A DNA stretch of 64,000 nucleotides from an uncultured Planctomycetota bacterium (GCA_963737655.1 CAVTTN010000002.1:6208001-6272000); one strand, 5' to 3'. Positions 43,475 through 54,501 are shown, counted from the stretch's first letter. Translations and numbers: made by a program. The notes: generated by a model not told the origin, from the sequence alone.

Positions 43475-46400
43475 ATGCCAAGCCTCCGCCTCGCCTCGAT
43501 TGTTCCGGTCCTCGCCCTGCTCGCGCCGATCGTCGCCAGGGGCCAGGCCGAGCCCCGTCTGGAACTCCGCAAGGGGGACCACGTCTCGGTGATCGGCAAC
43601 ACCCTGGCCGACCGGATGCAGCATGATGGCTGGCTCGAAGCGTTCCTCTTCAGCCGGTTCCCGGGCCATGACCTGGTCGTCCGCAACCTCGGGTTCTCGG
43701 GCGACGAGATCGAGCTTTCGCGACGGATTCGCTCGGCCGACTTCGGATCGCCCGACAGCTGGCTCTCCCGGACGAAGACCGACGTGGTCCTCGCCTTCTT
43801 CGGCTACAACGAGTCGTTCGCCGGCGCCGAGGGGCTGCCGAAGTTCAAGGACGACCTGACCAGGTTCCTCAAGCACACCCTCTCGCAGAAATACAACGGC
43901 AAGGACGCGCCCCGGGTCGTCCTCTTCTCGCCCCTGGCCCACGAGAACCTCCGCGACCGCAACCTGCCCGACGGCTCCGAGAACAACAAGAGGCTCGCCC
44001 TCTACGCCGAGGCCATGAAGGACGTGGCCCGCGCCGAGGGCGTCACGTTCGTCGACCTGTTCACCCCTTCGAAGCGATTGTATGAAGGCGCGCCCTACCC
44101 GCTGACGATCAACGGCGTCCACCCCACCGAGGACGGCGGATACACCTTCGCGAAGCTGATCGACGAATCGCTGTTCGGCGAAAAAGACGCCCCGCAACGC
44201 TCGATCGCCGGGCTCGAAAAGATCCGCAAGGCGGTCCTGGACCGGAATTTCACCTGGTTCAACCGCTATCGGACCGTCGATGGCTACTCGATCTACGGAG
44301 GCCGGGCCGACCTCCGATTCGTGGGCGGCCAGACCAACCGCGTGGTCATGGATCGCGAGATGGAAGTGCTCGACGTGATGACCGCCAACCGCGACAAGAA
44401 GGTCTGGGCGGTCGCCAAGGGGGAGGAATTCGCCGTGGACGACGGCAACACCCCGCCGTTCATCCCCGTGACCACGAACAAGCCCGGCCAGGGCCCCAAC
44501 GGCGAGCACGTCTACCTCGACGGCGAGGCCGCCATCGCCAAGATGACCGTCGGCAAGGGCCTGAAGGTCCAGCTTTTCGCCTCGGAGAAGGAGTTCCCGG
44601 ACCTGATCAACCCGGTGCAGATGGCCTTCGACACGAAGGGCCGGCTCTGGGTCGCCACCTGGCCGACGTACCCCCACTGGAAGCCCAAGGACCCCATGAA
44701 TGACAAGCTGATCATTTATGAGGACACCGACGGCGACGGCAAGGCCGACAAGCAGACCATCTTCGCCGACGGCCTCCACTGCCCGACCGGCTTCGAGTTC
44801 GCCGAGGGGGGCGTCCTCGTGGCGCAGGCCCCCGACCTCGTGTTCCTGAAGGACAACGACGGCGACGACAAGGCCGACGTCCGCAAACGGGTGCTCTCGG
44901 GCCTCGACTCGGCCGACACCCACCACACCGCCAACAGCTTCACGCTCGACCCCGGAGGCGCCCTCTACTTCCAGGAAGGGACGTTCCATCACACCCAGGT
45001 GGAGACGCCCTATGCCCCGACGTTGAGGAACGCCAACGCCGGGATTTACCGCTACGAGCCGAAGACGCAGAAGTTCGACGCCTACGTGACCTACGGATTC
45101 GCCAACCCCCACGGCCACGCCTTCGACCGCTGGGGCCAGGACATCGTGGTGGATGGCACCGGCGCCAATCCCTATCACGGGGCCCTGTTCTCCGGCCATC
45201 TCGACTACCCGAACAAGCACGCCGGCCCGCCTCAGGTCTACCGCCAGAGGACGCGGCCGTGCCCGGGCGTGGAGTTCCTCACCAGCCGCCATTTCCCCGA
45301 CGATTTCCAGGGGAATTTGCTCGTCCCCAACGTGATCGGCTTCCAGGGAATCCTCCGCTACAAGATCGACGACGACGGCGCGAGCCTGGCCGGGACCGAG
45401 CTGGAGCCGATCCTCTCCTCGACCGACGAGAACTTCCGCCCGGCCGACATCGAGACCGGCCCCGACGGCGCCATCTACTTCACCGACTGGCAAAACCCGG
45501 TGATCGGCCACATGCAGCACAACCTCCGCGACCCCAGCCGCGACCGGATCCACGGCCGGATCTACAAGGTCACGCATGAGGGCCGCCCCTTGCTGAAGCC
45601 GGCGAAGGTCGCCGGGGAGCCGATCGAAAAACTGCTCGATCTGCTCAAGGAGCCCGAGGACCGCACCCGATCCCGCGCCAAGATCGAGCTCGGCGCCCGG
45701 GCCACCGACCAGGTGCTCGCCGCCCTGGCGAAGTGGCGGGATGGCCTCGACAAGAACGACCCCGAATATGAACATCACATGGCCGAGGCCCTGTGGGTCC
45801 AGCAGTATCACAACGCCGTGGACGACGCCCTGCTCAAGAGGATGCTGAACTCGCCCAACGCGAAGGCCCGGGCCGCCGCGGTCCGCGTCCTCTGCTACTC
45901 GCGAGACAAGGTCCCCGGCGCCCTGGAGCTGCTCAAGGAGAAGGCCGCCGACCCGGACGCCCGGGTCCGGATGGAGAGCGTCCGCGCGGCCAGCTTCTTC
46001 GCCTTGCCCGAGGCCGTGGAGGTGCCCTTGATCTCGGCCGAGCACCCGACCGACCCGTATCTCGACTACGTCCGCAACGAGACGATGAAGGCCGTCGAGC
46101 CCCACTGGAAGAAGGCCGTGGCCGAGGGGAAGCCGATCCGCTTCACCAGCGACGCCGGGGCCCGGTTCTTCCTCAAGAGCGTCTCGAATGAGGAGTTGTT
46201 GAAGATGCCGAGGAGCCGCCCGGTCTTCCTCGAGATGCTGTTCCGCCCGGGCCTCCGCGACGAGGCCCGGCAGGAGGCGCTCTCGGGCCTGGCCATGCTC
46301 CGGAGCAAGCCGGAATTGCCCGTCCTGATCGACGCGATCCGCTCCCGGGACGAGGCCGAGGACGACCGCGACGAGTCCGTCACGTTCGACCTCGCCCGCC

Positions 46401-48427
46401 TCCTCACCGGTCGCCCGTCGAAGGAGCTGGCCGAGGCCCGCGACGGCATCGAGAAGCTGGCGACCGCCTCGAAGAAGCCGGTGACGAGGCAGCTCGGCTT
46501 CGTCGCCCTGATCGCGGCGGACGGCGGGGTGGATCGGGCCTGGTCGCTCGGCGAGAAGTCGGTCAAGGCGCTGGCGGACCTCCTCGCGGCCATGCCGTTG
46601 ATCCGGGATCCGAACATGCGAGAGGCCCTCTACCCGAAGGTCGTCCCCCTGCTGAAGGGCCTGCCCGAATCGCTCGGCGGGACGAAGGCGGCCGGGACGT
46701 ATGGCCGGTTCGTCCGGATCGAATTGACCGGCAATCGCACGCTGACCCTGGCCGAGGTCGAGGTCCTCAGCGACGGCCGGAACGTCGCGAGGCAGGGCAA
46801 GGCGACCCAGAAAAACACGGCCTACGGCGGGGACGCCAGGCGGGCCATCGACGGCAACAAGGATCCCTCGTATGGGGGCGGAGGCCAGACCCACACCGAG
46901 GAAAACACCCGCAATCCCTGGTGGGAGGTGGACCTCGGCTCGGAAGTCCCGATCGAGTCGATCGCGGTCTATAACCGCGCCGACGGCCTGGGCGACCGGC
47001 TCCGCAACTACACCTTGAAGGTGCTCGACAACGACCGCAACGCCGTGTTCACCAGGGCGAGGATGCCGGCCCCGTCCCCTCGGGCGACGATCGAGATCGA
47101 CGGCGGGGGCTCCGAGTCGATCGTCCGCCGGGCGGCCATGAACGCGCTGACGTATGTTCGCGGCCAGGAAACGCCCGCCTTCGTCGCCCTCGTCCCCCTG
47201 GCCCGAGAGGGGAAGGACCGGGCCGCCGCGATCCGCGCCATCGGCCGAATCCCGATCGCGTCCTGGCCGAAGGAGGAGGCGGCGCCCCTCCTCGAATCGC
47301 TGATGGGCTACGTCCGGTCGATCCCGACGGCCGACCGCACCTCTCCCGCCGCGATGGACGCGCTCCAGCTCGCCGACTCCCTCGCGGCGCTCCTGCCCCT
47401 CGACGCGGCGAAGAAGGCGAGGAAGGAGCTCGGCGACCTCGGCGTCAGGCAAATCCGGCTGGGCACCCTGCCCGAGCGGATGCTGTTCGACAAGGACCGC
47501 CTGGCCGTCCGCGCGGGCAAGCCCGTCCAGCTCGTGTTCGAAAACAACGACATGATGCCGCATAACTTCGTGGTGACGAAGCCCGGGGCGCTCGAGAAGG
47601 TCGGGATGCTGGGCGAGACCACCGCCACGAGCCCCGGGGCGGCGGCGAAAGGCTACGTGCCGGACTCGCCGGACATCCTCGTCAAGAGCGCCCTGCTCCA
47701 GCCCCGAGACGCGCAGGCCCTCAACTTCACCGCGCCCGAGAAGCCGGGGGTCTATCCGTATGTCTGCACCTACCCCGGCCACTGGCGGAGGATGTACGGC
47801 TCGCTCTACGTGGTCGAGGACCTCGACGAGTACCTCGCCGACCCCGAGGGCTACCTCGCCGGCCACCCGCTGCCGATCGCCGATTCGCTCCTGGAGCTGA
47901 ACCGGCCGAGGAAGGAATGGACGTTCGCCGAGCTCGCCCCCCAGGTCGAGGCGATGGCCCCCGGCCGGTCGTTCGCCAACGGCAAGCTCCTGTTCCGCGC
48001 GGCGAGCTGCGTGGCCTGCCACAAGGTCAACGGCGAAGGCAAGGAGTTCGGGCCCGACCTGGCGAAGCTCGACGCCAAGGTCTCGCCGGTCGAGATCCTC
48101 AAGTCGGTCCTCGAGCCGTCGGACAAGATCGAGGAGAAGTTCGCGGCGACGACGATCGCCACCGACTCGGGCAAGGTCATCACCGGGCTGGTGGTCGAGG
48201 AAACCAACGACGTGGTGAAGGTCGTCGAGAACCCGCTCGTGAGCGCCGAGGCGACGGTCCTCAAGAAATCGGAGATCGCCGAGAGGAAGAAGTCGGCGGT
48301 CTCGCCGATGCCCAAGGGGCTGCTCGACCGCCTGACCCGCGAGGAAGTGCTCGACCTGATCGCGTACGTCGCGGCCCGGGGGGAGGAGGGGAGCAAGGTT
48401 TATTCGGGAGGGCATCTCCACCATTGA
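43475..48427 (+). CDS. PVC-type multidomain dehydrogenase-like protein: SGNH-like, propeller, HEAT, F5/8, cupredoxin and cytochrome c domains
   Basis: Signal peptide, GNTLAD/INGVHP, DTDGDGKAD propeller, LAEVEV/AIDGN/NPWWEVDL, MPHN..CTYPGH..M, CVACH..GPDL..SPMP. Confidence 0.88.
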   Translation: MPSLRLASIVPVLALLAPIVARGQAEPRLELRKGDHVSVIGNTLADRMQHDGWLEAFLFSRFPGHDLVVRNLGFSGDEIELSRRIRSADFGSPDSWLSRTKTDVVLAFFGYNESFAGAEGLPKFKDDLTRFLKHTLSQKYNGKDAPRVVLFSPLAHENLRDRNLPDGSENNKRLALYAEAMKDVARAEGVTFVDLFTPSKRLYEGAPYPLTINGVHPTEDGGYTFAKLIDESLFGEKDAPQRSIAGLEKIRKAVLDRNFTWFNRYRTVDGYSIYGGRADLRFVGGQTNRVVMDREMEVLDVMTANRDKKVWAVAKGEEFAVDDGNTPPFIPVTTNKPGQGPNGEHVYLDGEAAIAKMTVGKGLKVQLFASEKEFPDLINPVQMAFDTKGRLWVATWPTYPHWKPKDPMNDKLIIYEDTDGDGKADKQTIFADGLHCPTGFEFAEGGVLVAQAPDLVFLKDNDGDDKADVRKRVLSGLDSADTHHTANSFTLDPGGALYFQEGTFHHTQVETPYAPTLRNANAGIYRYEPKTQKFDAYVTYGFANPHGHAFDRWGQDIVVDGTGANPYHGALFSGHLDYPNKHAGPPQVYRQRTRPCPGVEFLTSRHFPDDFQGNLLVPNVIGFQGILRYKIDDDGASLAGTELEPILSSTDENFRPADIETGPDGAIYFTDWQNPVIGHMQHNLRDPSRDRIHGRIYKVTHEGRPLLKPAKVAGEPIEKLLDLLKEPEDRTRSRAKIELGARATDQVLAALAKWRDGLDKNDPEYEHHMAEALWVQQYHNAVDDALLKRMLNSPNAKARAAAVRVLCYSRDKVPGALELLKEKAADPDARVRMESVRAASFFALPEAVEVPLISAEHPTDPYLDYVRNETMKAVEPHWKKAVAEGKPIRFTSDAGARFFLKSVSNEELLKMPRSRPVFLEMLFRPGLRDEARQEALSGLAMLRSKPELPVLIDAIRSRDEAEDDRDESVTFDLARLLTGRPSKELAEARDGIEKLATASKKPVTRQLGFVALIAADGGVDRAWSLGEKSVKALADLLAAMPLIRDPNMREALYPKVVPLLKGLPESLGGTKAAGTYGRFVRIELTGNRTLTLAEVEVLSDGRNVARQGKATQKNTAYGGDARRAIDGNKDPSYGGGGQTHTEENTRNPWWEVDLGSEVPIESIAVYNRADGLGDRLRNYTLKVLDNDRNAVFTRARMPAPSPRATIEIDGGGSESIVRRAAMNALTYVRGQETPAFVALVPLAREGKDRAAAIRAIGRIPIASWPKEEAAPLLESLMGYVRSIPTADRTSPAAMDALQLADSLAALLPLDAAKKARKELGDLGVRQIRLGTLPERMLFDKDRLAVRAGKPVQLVFENNDMMPHNFVVTKPGALEKVGMLGETTATSPGAAAKGYVPDSPDILVKSALLQPRDAQALNFTAPEKPGVYPYVCTYPGHWRRMYGSLYVVEDLDEYLADPEGYLAGHPLPIADSLLELNRPRKEWTFAELAPQVEAMAPGRSFANGKLLFRAASCVACHKVNGEGKEFGPDLAKLDAKVSPVEILKSVLEPSDKIEEKFAATTIATDSGKVITGLVVEETNDVVKVVENPLVSAEATVLKKSEIAERKKSAVSPMPKGLLDRLTREEVLDLIAYVAARGEEGSKVYSGGHLHH

Positions 48428-48478
48428 GCGAGGATTCGCCGCGTCCCCGACGGATCGGTGCTTCCCTTCCCCCTGGGC

Positions 48479-48524
48479 GGGGCTGACCCTCTCCCCGGCC
48501 CTCGGGGGAGAGGGCGTCAGCCCC
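48479..48524. terminator. GC-rich hairpin (CCCTCTCCC/GGGAGAGGG type)
   Basis: GGGGCTGAC-CCTCTCCCCG..CGGGGGAGAGG-GC-GTCAGCCCC downstream of the stop at 48427; no U-tract. Confidence 0.5.
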
Positions 48525-48645
48525 TCCCGCTTGAACAATCGATCGACGCCGGGCCCGGGAACGGGGCGCTCGAGCCCGGCCCGAACCCGGCTACGATGGC
48601 GGACGAGTCCGCCCGAGCCATCCTCCGCCCGAAGGGCCCCATCCG

Positions 48646-49674
48646 ATGATTGCCCCGAAGATCCTCCCTCGATTGGCCCTGGTCCTCGCCTCGGCCGCCC
48701 TGGTCGCGGGCTCGACGTGCCGAGCCGATGACTCCTGGATCGTCCTGGAAGGCGGCGACGGCCCCGGCCACGGCAAGCACGTCGTCCTGGTCAGCGGAGA
48801 CGAGGAATACCGCTCCGAGGAGGCCCTCCCTCAGCTCGCCAAGATCCTGGCGAAGCGTCACGGCTTCAAGTGCACGGTCCTGTTCGCCATCGGCGAGGAC
48901 GGCTCGATCGACCCCGACCGCAACGACAACATCCCCGGCCTCGAAGCCCTCGAATCGGCCGATCTGATGATCCTCGCCACGAGGTTCCGCAACCTCAAGG
49001 ATGAGCAGATGGCCAGGATCCTCGCGTTCGCCGAGGCCGGCAAGCCCATCATCGGGATGAGGACCGCCACCCACGCCTTCAACATCCCGGGCGGGCGGAA
49101 ATTCGCGAAATACTCGTGGAATAGCCGGGACCCGCAAGGCGGATTCGGCCGGGTCGTCCTGGGCGAGACCTGGATCAGCCATCACGGCAACCACGGGAGC
49201 CAGTCCACCCGCGGCATCCTCGCCAAGGACGAGAAGGACCACCCGATCCTCCGCGGCCTGAAGGACGGCGACATCTGGGGCCCGACCGACGTCTACGGGG
49301 TCCGCCTCCCCCTGCCCGGCGACAGCAAGCCCCTGGTTTACGGCGAAGTCGTCGAGGGGATGAAGTCCGACGATCCCCCGGCGAAGGGCCCGAAGAATGA
49401 CCCGATGATGCCCGTGGCCTGGATCAAGAGCTACCAGCTTTCGCCCGAAGCGAAGGCCGGCAAGGCGTTCACGACCACGATGGGCGCCGCCACCGACCTG
49501 GAAAACGCCGGCCTCCGCCGCTTGCTGGTCAACGCGACCTACTGGGCCGTGGGCCTGGAGGACCAGATCAAGCCCGATGCGAACGTGGACCTCGTCGGCG
49601 AGTACAAGCCCCGCAAGTTCGGCTTCAAGGGGGCCGCGAAGGGAGTCCGCCCCGAGGCGATGGCCAAGCCCTGA
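48646..49674 (+). CDS. Secreted ThuA-like domain protein
   Basis: Signal peptide, GDEEYRSEE, GMRTATHAF, HPIL, FTTTMG, LLVNATYWA. Confidence 0.8.
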   Translation: MIAPKILPRLALVLASAALVAGSTCRADDSWIVLEGGDGPGHGKHVVLVSGDEEYRSEEALPQLAKILAKRHGFKCTVLFAIGEDGSIDPDRNDNIPGLEALESADLMILATRFRNLKDEQMARILAFAEAGKPIIGMRTATHAFNIPGGRKFAKYSWNSRDPQGGFGRVVLGETWISHHGNHGSQSTRGILAKDEKDHPILRGLKDGDIWGPTDVYGVRLPLPGDSKPLVYGEVVEGMKSDDPPAKGPKNDPMMPVAWIKSYQLSPEAKAGKAFTTTMGAATDLENAGLRRLLVNATYWAVGLEDQIKPDANVDLVGEYKPRKFGFKGAAKGVRPEAMAKP

Positions 49675-49681
49675 CAACCCT

Positions 49682-49783
49682 GGATTCACCACGGAGCCAC
49701 CAAGGGCACGGAGGAAGACACGAAGAAGACCCTCGATTCCTTGGTGTCTTCCTCCGTGCCCTTGGTGGCTCCGTGGTGAATCC
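49682..49783. repeat. Perfect 40-bp inverted repeat (TTCACCACG family)
   Basis: GGATTCACCACGGAGCCACCAAGGGCACGGAGGAAGACAC (49682-49721) and its exact reverse complement (49744-49783). Confidence 0.95.
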
Positions 49784-49908
49784 CAGGCCCGATCGGCGAG
49801 TCCGAAGGGCCTTGCGACATTTGTCGGGGGAGCGCATGATGGGAGGCGAGGGCCGGAGCGCCCTCGTCCCATCTCCGGGCTTCCTGCCCACCGTCGAGAG
49901 GCCGACTC

Positions 49909-51701
49909 ATGAGCGCCCCCGTCGCCCCTGCGCCCAAGAGGACCGTTCCCGAGTCCCCGTCCCGATCGCTCGGCCGCCGCCTTTTGAAACGGATCGGCAC
50001 GAGCAACCCGTTCTATGTGATCAGCGCGGCCCTGGTGCTCCTGGGGCTGAGGACCTCGTTCGACCCCGACTCCCGGGCGTTCCCGACCTGGGCCTTGCTC
50101 CTGGGCCTGGGCGGCTACACGCTCTTGATGGTCGGCACGGCGATTGGTTTGGTGCGTCGTCTGAGGGTGTGGGACGACGTTCGGACCTTGCTGTTGCTGG
50201 TCGTGACGGTCCTCCTGGCGATCCCGGCGTTCTTCGACGACATCCTGGCCCGGGACGCCCGGCTCGGCTCGTTCTGCGAGGCCGGCGGGCTGATCTTCGC
50301 GGTCGCTGTTAGCGAATTGCTCCTCCGGGGGCTCCGGCTCCGCCTGCCGATCGGGTTCCGGGGGCCGTATCACCTGGCGTTGGGGCTGTTCTACCTGTAC
50401 CCGGTCGCGCTCGCCCCGTGGATGAGATCGCCCGACAGCTCCGCGCTGGCCTGGGGCCTCCTCGGATTCCCGGCGGCGGCGGGGCTGGTGGCCCTGACCC
50501 TGTTGCCGGCGATCCGCCGAGGGGCCGGCTATCCCGGGAAGGACGCCAGCCCCTGGCGATGGCCGCTCTATCCGTGGTCGGCGTTCGTCTTCCTCGGGCT
50601 GGGCGTGGGGCCCGGGCCTTCTGCCTCTGCCTGGCGGCGAATTATTCGGGCGGCTCGGATCGCTATATGGCGATCGATAGCACGATCTTCGCGCCGTACT
50701 TCCTCGTCCCGTTCGGGTTCGCGGTGGTCGTCCTCCTCCTGGAAATGGGGCTGGTTTCCGGGAGCCGAAGGCTGGTGACGCTGGCGATGGTCGGGCCTCT
50801 GGTGCTCTCGGTGGCGGCGGGTCTCGGCGGGCATTCCGACCCGTCGTCTCGGCGGTTCCTCGGGATGATCCTGGAGACGACCGGCGCCTCTCCGCCGTTC
50901 TGGGGCCTGGCGATGGCGGCCGGGTTCTACCTGGTGGCGCTGTTTCGGAAGATTCCCGGGGCATCGGCCGGGCTCTCGGCCAGCTTGCTCGGCTTCGCGA
51001 TCGTCGCGCCGGGGACGATCGGCGCCTCCTCGCTCGTCTCGCCTCGCGCCCTGCCGCTGCTGATCCTGACCGCGTTCCAGGGCGTCCTGGCGGTCCGAAG
51101 GAATCAACCGTGGAGGGCGGTCCCGGCGACGATCTGCCTCGCCTGGGCGACCTATTCGGGCCTGAACGTCCCGGGATGGTCGGCCTATCGGGGGATCGCG
51201 GCGGGGCACGTCGCGCTCGGGTCGGCCATGCTCCTCGGGGCGATCGTCTCGGGCGGCCTGGGGCGTTCCCTCCGCGTGATTGCGGCGGTCCTGCTCGGGC
51301 ACTTCGCGATCGGGTCGGTGGTCGACGGGTTTGACCTTCCTCCCGGGCGAATCCCGGCCGAGATGGTGAGGTTCTACCCCCTGGCCGTCGCGATCGTGGC
51401 GGCGGGTTACGGCCGGCTGATCGGCGGGAGGCCCGCCTACGTCGCCTCGGCGGTGAGCCTCGGGGCGTGGGGAGTGGTCTTCGGCGGCCAGGGATACGCG
51501 ACGTTGAGGCGATCGGTCGTCGGCCTCGATCACATCGCCTGGGGCCTCGCCTCGTTCCTCCTGGCGGCGACGATCACCCTGGCCAAGGCCGGGGCCCTGC
51601 CCGGTCCTCTCGGGCGATGGTTGAAGGGTCGGCGATCGGGCGGGGCGAACGGCGGCGTCCACGGGATCGGCGCGGACGAGCTGGCCGGGTTTGGGCCCTG
51701 A
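49909..51701 (+). CDS. Multi-pass membrane protein of unknown function; frameshift near 50607-50610
   Basis: NPFYVISA, WDDVR, WRWPLYPW; many TM helices across the 49909 and 50418 frames. Confidence 0.65.
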
Positions 51702-51746
51702 TCCGGTCGGCCCTCGCCTTCGCCCCGGCGCCCACCTCTCGGGGAC

Positions 51747-52319
51747 TCAGGGGGCCCGATAGGCCCGGTGGCACGAGGCGCATCGGGCGGTCATGGCGAA
51801 GAATGCCCGCCTCGCCTCCTGGTAATCGCCCGACGGGTCGGCCACACCGTCGCGGAGGGTCTGGGCATCCTGGATCATCCCGTTGAGGAGGGCCGTCCAA
51901 CCCGGCCCCGGCTGGGCACCGACCAACCCCGGGGCCAGGCCCGCCTTCGCCTCGTTCGCCAGGGCGATCAGGGATTCGGCCGGGGCGTCGATCTCGGCCC
52001 GGAGCTGGTCGAAGGTCTGGGCGTTCTTGAGGATTCGCAGGATCTTCCCGTTGTCCCTCTGCATGCCGGCCATGAGGCCCCTCATGTGCTCCTGGGCCTC
52101 TTCCGGAGTGGGGACCGGGGGCGGCACGGCCTCGTGGCGCCTTCCCACGAGGACGACGATCAGGACCGCGATGGCCGCGAAAAGGACCGCCGAAACGACC
52201 GCCAGCCGGCTCACGTGGCCCCGGGATTTCCGGCGATTTTCGCGGGAGATCGCGCGAAGGCGTCCCGAAACGGACGCTTCGGCCTGTTCCCCCGTCGTTC
52301 GTTGCGGAGAATCGTCCAT
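51747..52319 (-). CDS. Membrane-anchored cytochrome c'-like protein
   Basis: AAGGAGG RBS, one TM helix, helical body, C-terminal CASCH..YR. Confidence 0.7.
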   Translation of the reverse strand: MDDSPQRTTGEQAEASVSGRLRAISRENRRKSRGHVSRLAVVSAVLFAAIAVLIVVLVGRRHEAVPPPVPTPEEAQEHMRGLMAGMQRDNGKILRILKNAQTFDQLRAEIDAPAESLIALANEAKAGLAPGLVGAQPGPGWTALLNGMIQDAQTLRDGVADPSGDYQEARRAFFAMTARCASCHRAYRAP

Positions 52320-52360
52320 CGCATGGCCCTCCTTCTCGATTCGGTCGTCGGGAACCCGGC

Positions 52361-54259
52361 TCACCGAGAGGTCGCCAGCTTCGGTGGCTCGATCGGGATG
52401 CGGATGGCGAACCGGGTGCCCCGGCCGGGGGTCGATTCGCAGTCGATGGTGCCTCCGTGGGAACGGATGATTCCCAGGCTGATCGACAGGCCGAGCCCGG
52501 TCCCTCGGCCGACCGGCTTGGTGGTGAAGAACGGGTCGAAGATCTTCGATCGGATGGCCGGGTCGATGCCGTGGCCGTCGTCGCTCACGGTGATCTCGAT
52601 CCCGCCGTCGGCCGGGCGGGTGGCGACGGTCACCCGGCCTCCGGGCTCGCAGGCGTCGATGGCGTTGGCCACGAGGTTCAGGACCACCTGGTTGAGCTTC
52701 GCCGGGAAGCACGTGACCTCGGGCAACTCGGCGAGCTCCAGGTTCAGCGCCACCTGGCGAGACCGGGCGAGGCTGCCGAGGATGTTCGCCGTGGTGCGGA
52801 TGCCCTCGTTGACGTCCGCCTCGGAGAGGTCGCCGTCGTCCAGGCGGACGAAGTCTCTCAGGTCCTTGACGATCTGCTGGATCCGGCGCAGCCCCTCCCG
52901 GGAGCGATTCATGAGGCCGTCGAGGTTGTCCAGCACGTAAGCCAGGTCGAACTGCTCGGCCAGGTCGTGGATGCGATCCAGCAGCTCTTGCTGGTGGGTC
53001 TGGAGCGTCCCTTCGGCTTCCTGATAGAGCCGGATCACGTGATGGAGGTGGCCGACGTCTCTCTGGAGGACGGCGACGTTGTTGGAGACGAACGCCAAAG
53101 GGTTGTTGATCTCGTGGGCCACCCCGGCGACCATCTGGCCCAGGGCCGAGAGCTTCTCGGCCTGGACGAGGTGGCACTCGGCGAGCTGGAGGTCGGAATA
53201 GGCCCGCTGGAGGTCTTCGTGGGCCTTGCGGACCGAGGCGGCGCTCTCCTCGAGCTCGGCGGCGGCGGCCTGGAGCTCGCGGTTCCTCTGTTCCAGCTGG
53301 ATCTTGGCGGCGGAGAGCTCGCGGGTCCGGGCCTCGACGCGAAGCTCCAGCTCGTCGTTGGCCAGGCGGAGGGCCTCCTCGGCACGTTCGAGCCTCTGGC
53401 CGACTCGCCCGGCGATCCGGATGCACAGGACGGCGCCGACGAGCGAGGCCGAGACCGTCGCCAGGGCCGACCAGATCGCGGCGAGGCGATCGCCCGAGGC
53501 CACCGTGATGGCGTGGGTCGCCCACGAGGCCGAGCCCACGGCCACGATCACGAACGGCAGGAAGTTCCTCAGGAGGCGGGCCCGGACCGACGGCCCGCTC
53601 AACGGGGCGAGCACCACGCTCCTCGGCCCGGCCGCCGCGATCAACCCGCCGGACAGGAGGAGGAACCCCACGGCGGTCGTCAGCGCCATCGGGATCGTCC
53701 GGCCTCCGTACTGGAACGGGGCGTCATAGACATAACCGACGGCGAACACCCCGCCCAGGAGCGCCAGGACGAACGCCGTGACGGCGGCCGCGTGCGCCGC
53801 CATCGGCCTGGTCCTCGACGCCACGGCCAGGGCCAGCGAGCCCCCGGCCGCGAAGAACCCTCCCGCGGTCAACAGGGCCATCCGGCCCACCGGCGCCAGG
53901 CCGAGCCGCTCGCCGGGCACGGGCAGGACCAGCCGATCAATCCCCAGGTCCCGCCCGATCGCGAATTCGATCAGCCGGAGCCCGGCCACGAGGACCGCCG
54001 GCAGGGCGATCAACGCCAGGAGGCCCCGCCAGGGCTGACCGTCCCTGGGTTCGCCCACCCCGATCACCGCCAGGCCGAACAAGATCATGCCCAGGGCCGT
54101 GTTCGGGGCCATCGGCATATACTCGGGCCGGACCTGGGCCAGCGGCCTCAAGCCCGAGAACCACCCGATCAGGGCGGCCACGCCGAGGATCACCGAGCCC
54201 GCGCCGCTCGCCGACCGGACGCCCCCGAGCCGAGTCATCCGTCGGATCACCTTCACCAC
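52361..54259 (-). CDS. Multi-TM sensor histidine kinase
   Basis: MAPNTA TM region, coiled coil, GVAHEINNP, NLVANAIDA, DDGHG, FDPFFTTKPVGRGTGLGL; start uncertain. Confidence 0.92.
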   Translation of the reverse strand: MVKVIRRMTRLGGVRSASGAGSVILGVAALIGWFSGLRPLAQVRPEYMPMAPNTALGMILFGLAVIGVGEPRDGQPWRGLLALIALPAVLVAGLRLIEFAIGRDLGIDRLVLPVPGERLGLAPVGRMALLTAGGFFAAGGSLALAVASRTRPMAAHAAAVTAFVLALLGGVFAVGYVYDAPFQYGGRTIPMALTTAVGFLLLSGGLIAAAGPRSVVLAPLSGPSVRARLLRNFLPFVIVAVGSASWATHAITVASGDRLAAIWSALATVSASLVGAVLCIRIAGRVGQRLERAEEALRLANDELELRVEARTRELSAAKIQLEQRNRELQAAAAELEESAASVRKAHEDLQRAYSDLQLAECHLVQAEKLSALGQMVAGVAHEINNPLAFVSNNVAVLQRDVGHLHHVIRLYQEAEGTLQTHQQELLDRIHDLAEQFDLAYVLDNLDGLMNRSREGLRRIQQIVKDLRDFVRLDDGDLSEADVNEGIRTTANILGSLARSRQVALNLELAELPEVTCFPAKLNQVVLNLVANAIDACEPGGRVTVATRPADGGIEITVSDDGHGIDPAIRSKIFDPFFTTKPVGRGTGLGLSISLGIIRSHGGTIDCESTPGRGTRFAIRIPIEPPKLATSR

Positions 54260-54501
54260 CCTGACCTCCCGAAAAGCCCGACGGGTCGCGGCTCGGCGAT
54301 CCCGACCCCATCGTCGGCCCCATTCTCCCCCGAACCCCGGGCGTTTGCCAGGAGCTTCCCAAACGCTGGGACAAGCCCCCCACGATCGCCACGCGCAAGA
54401 AACCCGATCGCCCCGCCCGTTGATGGCGGGTCAACCTGGACCGTCGTATGATGACCCATTCCCTCCCTCCCATCCTCTCGCCCTCTGGGGAGTCCGACCT
54501 C

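Noticed and set aside
43211..48538. 1775-aa minus-strand ORF
   Set aside because: Antisense shadow of the multidomain cytochrome gene; no motifs of its own.
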